12,115 bases of DNA from Octopus sinensis (GCF_006345805.1 NW_021826779.1:1-12115), one strand, 5' to 3'. Numbered from the stretch's first letter, positions 1 through 7,980 are shown. The notes: generated by a model from the letters alone, not told the origin. Numbers and translations: made by a program.

Positions 1-485
1 TACATGTAAGTATGTATGTATGTATGTATATATGTACGTATGTATGGTATGTATGTATGCATGTATACATGTAAGTTGTATGTATGCATGTATGTATGTA
101 TGTATGTGTGTATGTATGTATGTATGTATGTATGCATGTATACATGTAAGTATGTATGTATGTATGTATGTATGTACGTATGTATGTATGTATGTATGCA
201 TGTATACATGTAAGTATGTATGTATGTATGTATGTATGTATGTATGTATGTATGTATGTATGTGTGTGTGTATGTATGTATGTATGTATGTATGTATGTA
301 TGTATGTATGTATGTGTGTTTGTATGTACGTATGTATGTATGCATGTATACATGTAAGTATGTATGTATGTATGTATGTATGTATGTATGTATGCATGCA
401 TGCATGTATGCATGTATGTGTGTGTGTCTGTATGTATGTATGTATGCATGTATACATGTAAGTATGTATGTATGTATGTATGTAT
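1..485 (+). repeat. (TATG)n microsatellite with recurring GCATGTATACATGTAAG interruptions
   Basis: Direct reading: TATG tetramers throughout; palindromic CATGTATACATG at 60-71, 135-146, 199-210, 343-354, 447-458 and a partial copy at 1-10. Confidence 0.97.
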
Positions 486-538
486 GAGCTGAGGTTCGGA
501 CAACATTAACAAGGAACAAAGTGAAGAGGATAGCAGAT

Positions 539-688
539 CAAGATGGCGAGCAAAGATCGCAACGGATGGACAATATCAAGTTCTAGTCGGATAAGAAGCG
601 TAGCAAGGTTTGCTAGAGAATTCGCGCTTTCGTTGTGACGTCACAATGCACAGCAGACGTGCGATAAATGGCTGCGACAAACGTAAGT
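539..688 (+). promoter_or_regulatory. Candidate CpG-rich promoter/first exon ending in a splice donor
   Basis: YY1-like CAAGATGGCG 539-548; perfect palindrome TTGTGACGTCACAA 633-646 containing the CRE TGACGTCA (636-643); ATAAATGGCTGCGACAAAC|GTAAGT (ATG 668, donor GT 683-684). Motif-level evidence only. Confidence 0.3.
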
Positions 689-756
689 GTCCTGACTGCT
701 GACACAAATGCAAGGAATTTATTCCATGCTGCCACAATTCTGTAACATTGTATTCC

Positions 757-764
757 GCGCCAAA
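757..764 (-). promoter_or_regulatory. E2F consensus site
   Basis: GCGCCAAA on + = TTTGGCGC on -, an exact TTTSSCGC match next to the CpG-rich patch; a short motif that could be chance. Confidence 0.2.
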
Positions 765-911
765 ATAGTTTAACAACCGCCGAACAGTTAAGCTTTTCTT
801 TCTACTTCCTTGGAAATGAGGTTAATTAGTTATATATTTGGTACATTACAGCTCGCTAATTATTATTCCCGCCCACAAAATCAAAAGGCATTTTTTTCTA
901 AGTGATAGACG

Positions 912-1437
912 CAGGCGTGGCTGTGGGGTAAGAAGCTTGCTTACCAACCACATGGCTCCGGGTTCAGTCTCACTGTGTTGCACCTTGGGCAAATGTCTTC
1001 TAATTTCGCCTTGGACCGACCAAAGCCTTGTGAGTGGATTTGGTAGACGGAAACTGAAAGGCGGCTAGCTGGCAAAACCGTTAGCACGCCGGGGGAAATG
1101 CTGCGCGGTATTTCGTCTGCCGCTACGTTCTGAGTTCAAATTCCACCAAGGTCGACTTTGCCTTTCATCCTTTCCGGATCGATTAAATAAGTACCAGTTA
1201 CGCACTGGGGTCAATATAATTGACTTAATCCGTTTGTCTGTTCTTGTTTGTCCCTTCTGTGTTTAGCCCCTTGTGGGTAGTAAAGAAATAGGTATTTCGT
1301 CTGCCGCTACGTTCTGAGTTCAAATTCTGCCGAGGTCGACTTTGCCTTTCACCCTTTCGTCTGTCCTTGTTTGTCCCCTCTATGTTTAGCCCCTTGTGGG
1401 CAATAAAGAAATAAGACGGAAACTGAAAGAAGCCCGT
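912..1437 (+). mobile_element. tRNA-derived SINE family 1 (head and body), split by a nested insertion at 1061-1413
   Basis: A-box-like TGGCTGTGGGG and B-box-like GGTTCAGTC; 912-1060 plus 1430-1437 align with the intact copy at 11838-11997 (CCAACCACATGG..GGGTTCAGTC..CCTTGGGCAA..GACCAAAG..TTGTGAG..TAGACGGAAACTGAAAGAAGCCCG). Confidence 0.9.
1061..1413 (+). mobile_element. tRNA-derived SINE family 2, one full unit (1061-1290) plus a 5'-truncated, internally deleted second unit (1291-1413)
   Basis: B-box-like GAGTTCAAATTCC; central GTCGACTTTGCCTTTCATCC..AAATAAGTACCAG resembles, from memory, the Meta/MESC SINE core; 3' end TTTAGCCCCTTGTGGG..TAAAGAAATA occurs twice; flanked by the 16-bp direct repeat AGACGGAAACTGAAAG (1045-1060 and 1414-1429). 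Confidence 0.88.
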
Positions 1438-1480
1438 TGTGTGTGTGTGTATATATGTCTATATATATATATTATATATA
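1438..1480 (+). repeat. (TG)n/(TA)n microsatellite (SINE tail)
   Basis: Direct reading. Confidence 0.9.
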
Positions 1481-1481
1481 A

Positions 1482-1570
1482 AGTCCCGACCCAAGTCACC
1501 TATGATCAAAGATATTCCAGCTGTGACCATCTCATCTTTATCCAGATGTAATATATTTAAGATTACATAG
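1482..1570 (-). repeat. Orphan satellite-B monomer in inverted orientation
   Basis: 1498-1529 ACCTATGATCAAAGATATTCCAGCTGTGACCA is 31/32 identical to the reverse complement of 9423-9454; flanks also match B units. Confidence 0.9.
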
Positions 1571-1587
1571 TCTAAGTCATTCGTATG

Positions 1588-1590
<3 letters not shown>

Positions 1591-1647
<57 letters not shown>

Positions 1648-1729
1648 TGACTTATAACCAACGACTACAGACAATGTGTGTGTGTGTGTGCGTGTACGTA
1701 TGTAAATGTATATAGATAGATAGATATAA
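1591..1729. repeat. (TA)n, (TG)n and (TAGA)n microsatellites
   Basis: Direct reading; short unique spacer at about 1645-1674. Confidence 0.9.
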
Positions 1730-1890
1730 GACGGGCTTCTTTCAGTTTCCGTCTACCAAATCAACTCACAAGGTTTTGGTCAGCCTGAGGCTATAGCAGA
1801 AGACATTTACCTAGGGCTCAAACGCTGTGGGACTGAACCCTGAACCGTGTGATTGGAAAGTAAGCTTTGTACCACACTGCCACGCCTGTG
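1730..1890 (-). mobile_element. SINE family 1, reverse orientation
   Basis: GACGGGCTTCTTTCAGTTTCCGTCTACCAAATC..GTGGGACTGAACCC..GCCACGCCTG is the reverse complement of the 912-1060 / 11838-11997 copies. Confidence 0.92.
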
Positions 1891-2024
1891 CCTATAAATT
1901 AGGGGTTTTAAAACGCCGAAAGGCTATGAGCCCCATTCCCTGACTAAAACAGGAATTAAAGGGATATTTTAGTAAAAAAGAAAAAGAAAATGGTTGAGAA
2001 CTACATTCCTAGATAGTCGCTAGA

Positions 2025-2112
2025 TATGCTAAAAATAGCAGCCAAACTCTTTGAAATCATGCTTTCTGGGAAGAAAAAAAATAAAGAAGGAAAAAAAGAA
2101 AGAATGGGAAGA
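2025..2112 (-). repeat. Orphan satellite-A monomer (reverse orientation) with purine-rich tail
   Basis: ATGCTAAAAATAGCAGCCAAACTCTTTGAAATCA matches the reverse-array core; the following A/G-rich tract resembles that after the monomer at 8699-8790. Confidence 0.75.
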
Positions 2113-2185
2113 GTTTTAATTTTGAAATGCACAATCCGGGTTGACTTCGTTTTTGATGGAGTAAGGCGCGAATTGCAGTTCATTT

Positions 2186-3470
2186 AACTGTTGTTTCCGG
2201 CATATCTATTGACGATATCGTCTGCAAGTTTTAAGACTATAGCTATGTGATTTGTATAAGATTTGGCTGTTGTTTCCAGTCGACAAATTTTAAAACAATA
2301 GCTGTGTGATTCGAGGAAGATTTGACTGTTAGTTTCAGCTTATCTATAGACCCCATCGTATGCAAGTTTTAAGACAATAGCTGTCTTATTTGAGAAAGAT
2401 TTGGCTGTAGTTTCCAGCATATCTATGGACCACATCGTCAACAAATTTTATGACAATATCTGTATGATTCGAAGATTTCGCTGTTGTTTCCAGCATATCT
2501 AGGGATCACATAGAGACTCCTTCCTTACATCGGCAGGAAGTTTTTAAACAGTAGATGCGTGATTTGAAGAATATTTTGCTGCTATTTCTAGCATGGTCTA
2601 CTGAATATGTAGAAGCTAGTCCCATCTTTCCATTTTAAGTCAGTAGATAGTTGAATGAGATTTGACTGCTATTTCTAGCTTAGTCTACTGAGTTCGTCGA
2701 AGCTAGCTTCAGCCATTCTTTTTAACACAATTGAGAGTTGAGAAGGGAAGGGGGTTAGCTGCTATTTCTAGCATGGTCTATTAGAAGCTAACCTCTTAAA
2801 ACAGATATACGTTGAGGGAGATTTGGCTGATATTTCTAGCTCCTTCTACTGTGTACCTCGAAGTAAGCCTCATCTTTTCATCTTAAGACAATAGAGATTT
2901 GAGGGAAATTTGGCTGCTGTTTCTAGCTTGATCTACTGTACGTGTAGAAGCTAGCTTCATCTTTTTGTCTCAAAACTGTTGTAAGTTCAGAGAGATTTGG
3001 GTGCTATTTCTAGCATAGTCTACCGAGTAGGTAGAAGCTAGCCTCGCTTTTCATCTTAAGACAATAGAGATTTGAGGGAAATTTGGCTGCTGTTTCTAGC
3101 TTGATCTACTGTACGTGTAGAAGCTAGCTTCATCTTTTTGTCTCAAAACTGTTGTAAGTTCAGAGAGATTTGGGTGCTATTTCTAGCATAGTCTACCGAG
3201 TAGGTAGAAGCTAGCCTCGCTTTTTCATCTTAAGAAAGTAAAGAGTAGGGAGAGATTTGGCTACTATTTCTAATTTAGTCTACTGAGTACGAGAAGCAGA
3301 CTTCATTTTTTTCCTCGTCTTTAAACGATAGAGACTTGAGAGAAATATTGGCTGCTATTTCTAGCATGGTTGATTGTATATGTAAAGGCTAGCTGCGACC
3401 TTTCGCTCTAAGATTATAGGAAGTTTTAAAGGTCTAGCTGCTATTTCTAACATGTCTATCGACCACGTGG
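2186..3470 (+). repeat. Satellite A, forward arm: 16 units, 60-98 bp spacing (about 78 bp in 2186-2520, about 87 bp in 2585-3444)
   Basis: Core ATTTGAGGGAGATTTGGCTGCTATTTCTAGCAT(G/A)GTCTAC; TTTC anchors at 2194, 2273, 2333, 2411, 2487, 2585, 2672, 2765, 2833, 2920, 3007, 3093, 3180, 3267, 3358, 3444. Confidence 0.95.
2875..3220 (+). repeat. Exact 173-bp tandem duplication of a satellite-A dimer
   Basis: 2875-3047 and 3048-3220 read identical by eye. Confidence 0.95.
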
Positions 3471-3489
3471 TGGCACGCCCTTCTCCGTT

Positions 3490-5705
3490 CCACGTGGTCC
3501 TTAGCAGTCATGCTAGAAATAACTGTTAAATCCCCCTCAAATCACAACTTCTGTTCATCAAGGAACCAGCGAGTAGAGCCCCCGCGTAGTCGGTAATAGT
3601 ACTACTAGTAACAGCAGCCAAATCTCCCTCAAATTATATCACAAAAGGAGTCGGGGAGTAGAGCTTCCACGTGGTCAGTAGACATGCTAGTTATAGCAAC
3701 CAAATCTCCCTCCAATTTTATCCTGCACTGTTTAAAAAGGAGCTAAGGAAAAAGGCTCACACCTGGTTGGTATTCATGCTAGTAATAACAACCAAATCTC
3801 TTTACTGTCTCAAAGCCTTCGAATGGGGCTTACATGAGGACTGAGAAATGCGAGTTATAGTAGCTAAATTTCCCTCAAATGACAGCCTACATTCTCATAA
3901 AGAAGTCTTGGAGTGGGGCCTAATCAAGGACCTAAGACATGCTAATAATAGCAGCCAAATCTCCTTCTTAAAAGGTATCGGAACGTGGCCAGTGGACATG
4001 CTAGTTATAGCAGCTAAATCTTCCTCAGATCATACACTACTATCTCAAAAAGAAGTTTCGGAATTGGGCCTACACGGGGACCCAATACGTGTTAGTAATA
4101 GTAGTCAAATCTCCTTTAAATTACACCTGACTTTCTTAAAAGGAGCCAAGAAGTGAAGTCTTCACATTGTCAGTGGACATGTTAGATATAGCAGCCAAAT
4201 CTCCCTCAAATTACATTAGTTCTTGTTTAAAAATGAACCAGTGAGCGGGGGCTCCACGCAGTCGGTAGACATGCTAGTAATAATAGTCACATCTCAAATT
4301 ACACCCTGCTATCTCAAAAAGTACCCTTACAGTGGACCTTACATGGGGACCTTAGACATACTAGTTATAACAGCTAAATCTCCCTCAAATGATATCCTAC
4401 ACTCTCAAAAAGAGTCAATATGGGGACCCAAGAAATGCTAGTTATAGCAGCCAAATTTCCCTCAAATGATACCCTACACTTTCAAAAAGAAGTCATGGAA
4501 TGGAGCCAACATGGGGACCCAAGAAATGCTAGCTATAGCAGCCAAATCTCCCTCAAATGACGACATACTTCCTTAAAAGGAACCAAGGAGTGAAACCTTT
4601 ATGTGATCAGTGGACATGCTAGTTATAGCAGCGAAATCACTCAGATTACATCATTTCCAGTTTAAGAAGGAACCGGGAGGCCCCACGTGGTCTTACAACA
4701 GCCGGATCGTTTTCAAATTACATTCTTTTGTCTCAAAAAGAAGTATCGTAGTAGGGCCCTACACGTGGTCGGTAAACATCCCGTGATAGCAGTAAAATTT
4801 CCCTCAAATTACATAATTTCTTGTTTAAAAAGGAGCCAAGCAGTGGAGGCTCCACGTGGTCGGTGGACGTATTAGTAATAACAGTCAAATCTTCAAATCA
4901 TACCCTGCTATCTCAAAAAGAAGTCTTGAAGTAGGGCCTATACGAGGTCGGTAGTCATGCTAGTAATAAGAGCCAAATCTCCTTCAGATTACATCCTACT
5001 GTCTGAAACTGAAGTCTCGGACTTGGACCTTCACCAGATTTGTAGTCATGCTAGTCGTAACAGCCAAATCTCCCTCAAATTACATTGTATTACCTTAACA
5101 GGAACCGGGTTGGGAAGCACTGCCAGCACGTGGTCAGTAGACTTGCTAGAAATAACAGTCAACACTCCTTTAATTTACACGCTGCTGTCCCAAAAAGAAG
5201 CCTCGGAGTGATACCTAGACGTGGAGCGTAGATACACTAATAATAGTAGTCAGATCTCCCTCAGATTATACGCTACAATTTTAAAAGGAGCCAGGAAAAA
5301 GAGCTTACATGTGGTCGTTAGACATCCTAGAAATAACAGCCGAATCTCCCTCAAATTGCATTCTACTGACTCAGAAAGAGGTTTCAGAATGGGCCCTGCA
5401 CGTGGCTGGTAGATATGCAAGAAATAACAGCCAGATCTCCCATAAATAACACCCTATTGTCAAAACCGTCTTAGGGGATTTGCCCGGGGGCCATTTTTGT
5501 GTAGGGGCCCAATTTTGATTCATGTATACTGGGGCTTGCTATCCTTATATAACTACGAAGGGTCCAGTGCAGAGGTTTGTTAAGGGGCCTAGAATGTTGC
5601 TACGGCGGCTTTGGCGAATGTCTTAAAAGGAATGATCGTAGACAGTTCCTTACGTAGACACAGGACATGCTAGAAACAGCAACCAAATCTCGTTAAAATT
5701 AAACA
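3490..5705 (-). repeat. Satellite A, reverse arm: 24 units, modal period 90-92 bp
   Basis: Core GTAGACATGCTAGTAATAGCAGCCAAATCTCCCTCAAATTAC (reverse complement of the forward core); anchors at 3513, 3605, 3687, 3779, 3851, 3942, 4001, 4092, 4182, 4274, 4361, 4438, 4529, 4619, ~4692, ~4781, 4872, 4960, 5051, 5146, 5237, 5327, 5418, 5670. Confidence 0.95.
5461..5613. mobile_element. Possible MITE-like insertion in the last spacer of satellite A
   Basis: Anchor spacing 5418-5670 is 252 bp, about 160 more than one period; the insert has degenerate terminal inverted repeats (CAAAACCGTCTTAGG vs GCTACGGCGGCTTTG, 11/15) and internal GGGGCC motifs. No clean TSD. Confidence 0.4.
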
Positions 5706-6290
5706 ATACAGTCCTAAAAGAAGAATGTGAGACGTGACCTGTAGAGTGTCGATATATATATGTGTGTATATATGTGTGTGTGTTAAATAAAATGAGACAA
5801 TTAAAGCCAAGGCAGAGTGAAATTTCTAGGATATTAGCTTATACACGCTCATATACACGGAACCCGAGTTAGACTCCTCACTCATACTAGTATCGAACCG
5901 GGAGTCTATCTGCAGCACCTACATAGCCTTACTTGCGTTTTGGAGTCTACGGATACCAAACCTTCTCATATTATATATATATATATTAAGTAGAGAAAAA
6001 ACACTATATTATAAAACATATAACTAAATCACAAAAAGTACAAAAATGAATATATATAAGTAAAAAGACTACGTACGTTTCGTGGCTATAACTTCAATTC
6101 GAATTACAATTAAATTTTAATTTAATCGAAAAACAACCCAATTTAAAATATGGCGTATGTCTATCATTGTTTGAATTACGTATTAGTGGTTTTTCCTCTA
6201 ATTTATATATATTATATATTTATATTTTGAAATTTGATTTAATACTAAATTGAATTTTCCCCTGTAAGTTTGGAGTTATACTCCCTAATA

Positions 6291-6295
6291 TTATA

Positions 6296-6364
<69 letters not shown>

Positions 6365-6426
6365 CTATCTCTCTCTCTCTCTCCATATATATATATATAT
6401 ATATAATATATATATATATATATACA
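6291..6426. repeat. Compound (TATC)n-(TC)n-(TA)n microsatellite
   Basis: Direct reading. Confidence 0.95.
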
Positions 6427-6427
6427 C

Positions 6428-6556
6428 AACGCCCTTCTTTTTGTTTCCGTCGACCAAATTCACTCACAGGATTTTTCGACCAAGTGTTGCGTTGTGGGAC
6501 TGAACCCGGAACCATGAGGTTTGGAAGCAAACTTCTAACTACACAACCACACCTGT
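6428..6556 (-). mobile_element. SINE family 1, reverse orientation, diverged with internal deletion
   Basis: TTTCCGTCGACCAAATTCACTCACAGG..GTGGGACTGAACCCGGAACCATG..CAACCACACCTG is a reverse-complement match; about 30 bp of the body is missing. Confidence 0.85.
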
Positions 6557-6610
6557 GGCGAAACTCTCGGACCTTGAGTCACTCTCTGCTGCTTCTGCTA
6601 AATATTAATA

Positions 6611-6620
6611 TGTATATATA

Positions 6621-6664
<44 letters not shown>

Positions 6665-6684
6665 CACGTACACACACACACATA

Positions 6685-6758
<74 letters not shown>

Positions 6759-6760
6759 CA
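6611..6760. repeat. (TA)n microsatellite with (CA)n interruption
   Basis: Direct reading. Confidence 0.95.
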
Positions 6761-6771
6761 TCACGCACTTT

Positions 6772-6935
6772 GCTTTTCATGCGTTTCAGTCAATTGACTG
6801 CGGCCATGCTGGGGCACCGCATTGAAGAATGGGTAGTCGAATGACTCGAACTCAATACTCGCTTTTTTTCTTTTCTTTTTTTTTTTGGGCCTGGTACTTA
6901 TTTTATCGACCAATTTTGCCGAGCCGCTAGGTTAG
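6772..6935 (-). mobile_element. 3' segment of SINE family 1 (reverse orientation)
   Basis: On the minus strand CTAACCTAGCGGCTCGGCAAAA matches GTAACTTAGCGGTTCGGCAAAA near the window end (about 12090-12111); the continuation GCGGTGCCCCAGCATGGCCGCAGTCAATTGACTGAAAC matches my recollection of this family's 3' end. Confidence 0.65.
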
Positions 6936-7145
6936 GATGTATGTGTATGTGTGTTACATTTACTCGAGTGCACAAGCATTTCCTCAGTCACCGATCGAAC
7001 CTGGAAAACCGAGGTAACTACGTTTCCATTAGAGTTTTCCATTTTTTTTTCTTTTGCAAATGGCTGCTACTAATTCTTCAGTAACAACTCTTCGTAGACG
7101 AAGAATTACCGTTTTTCCCACCACTAACACACCGATAAAACTCTG

Positions 7146-7237
7146 GTAGGATTTGAACGCACAACGCAGAGACAGTCGGCAGAAACAGGCTGTAAGGTAA
7201 TTCATCAGACACCCTTAACCATCCTGCTATTTCGCCG
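7146..7237 (-). mobile_element. Degenerate 5' head of SINE family 2 (reverse orientation)
   Basis: GGATTTGAACGCACAACG..TAACCATCCTGCTATTTCGCCG loosely matches the reverse complement of 1061-1145. Confidence 0.55.
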
Positions 7238-7275
7238 ACTTCATTCTGCTACCAAATTAGCGAAGCATGCGTTTG

Positions 7276-7314
7276 CAGTAGACATATGATCAAAGTTATT
7301 CCTGCCGGCACCAT
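7276..7314 (-). repeat. Inverted satellite-B fragment
   Basis: CAGTAGACATATGATCAAAGTTATTCCTGCCGGCACCAT is 32/39 identical to the reverse complement of the B consensus ATGGTCACAGCTGGAACATCTTTGATCATAGGTCTACTG. Confidence 0.8.
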
Positions 7315-7335
7315 ATAAAATGGAGGTACATGTGC

Positions 7336-7395
7336 GTCTCTCTTATCTGTCTCTGTCTGTCTGTCTGCCTGTCTGTCTGTCTATCTATCTATCTG

Positions 7396-7456
<61 letters not shown>

Positions 7457-7557
7457 TTATCTATCTGTCTGTCTGTCTGTCTCTCTCTGTCTCTCTCTCT
7501 GTCTCTCTCTGTCTCTGTCTCTCTCTCTCTCTCTGTCTATATCTATCTCTATCTATC

Positions 7558-7592
<35 letters not shown>

Positions 7593-7669
7593 CCATATAT
7601 ATACATACACATTTAGATAGATATAGAATAGATAGAGACAGAGAGAGAGAGAGACAGATAGATAGATAG

Positions 7670-7737
<68 letters not shown>

Positions 7738-7855
7738 GCATTAATTATACATATATATGTGTGTGTGTTTGTGTGTGTAAGTATGTTTATGTATATGTAT
7801 ATATATATGTATATATATATATATATGTATGTATGTGTGTGTGTGTGTTTGTGCG
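7336..7855. repeat. Compound microsatellite block (TCTG/TCTA/TC - TA - TAGA/GA - TG/TA)
   Basis: Direct reading; left and right halves are mutually inverted around about 7585. Confidence 0.95.
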
Positions 7856-7878
7856 TTTTAGTTAACGAAGAAACCTTT

Positions 7879-7960
7879 ACGTGGTTCCTCGATCTGCTAA
7901 AAATAACAGCTAAATCATTTTTATAATCACATCCTACCATCTATAAAAAAAAGAAGGGGC
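7879..7960 (-). repeat. Orphan satellite-A monomer heading B sub-array 1
   Basis: ACGTGGTTCCTCGATCTGCTAAAAATAACAGCTAAATC..ATAATCACATCCTACCATCTATAAAAAAAAGAAG follows the reverse-arm unit layout. Confidence 0.65.
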
Positions 7961-7980
7961 ATTGAAGGGCACATTGGAAA

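Noticed and set aside
485-600. LRFGQH and ASKDRNGW resembling the C-terminus of RTE-type LINE ORF2
   Set aside because: Motifs are too close together, separated by stops, and too short to support homology.
2590-3215. TCTAC-loop-GTAGA hairpin resembling the Cas12a direct-repeat stem
   Set aside because: Only a 5-bp stem matches; it is explained as an inverted copy of the satellite core, and no nuclease gene is nearby.
3848-5412. ORFs with recurring peptides such as VDMLVIAAKSPS in the ORF track
   Set aside because: These are translations of the satellite; the 90-92 bp period shifts frame between units and stops are frequent.
2186-5705. CRISPR-like repeat-spacer array
   Set aside because: Spacers are homologous to each other (few types) rather than unique, the core is degenerate, no cas ORFs are present, and the context is eukaryotic SINE and microsatellite DNA.
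5990-6260. Very AT-rich stretch with short palindromes (for example ATTAAATTTTAATTTAAT)
   Set aside because: Short palindromes are expected by chance at this composition; no ORF or RNA signature.
5870-7004. tRNA genes suggested by minus-strand B-box-like GGTTCGAT at 5890-5902 and 6991-7004
   Set aside because: No cloverleaf or correctly spaced A-box seen; at most decayed SINE heads.
16-7940. ORFs rich in YV/CM, YI, YLSI or LS repeats (16-487, 1459-1674, 6270-6825, 7320-7940)
   Set aside because: Translated di- and tetranucleotide microsatellites.
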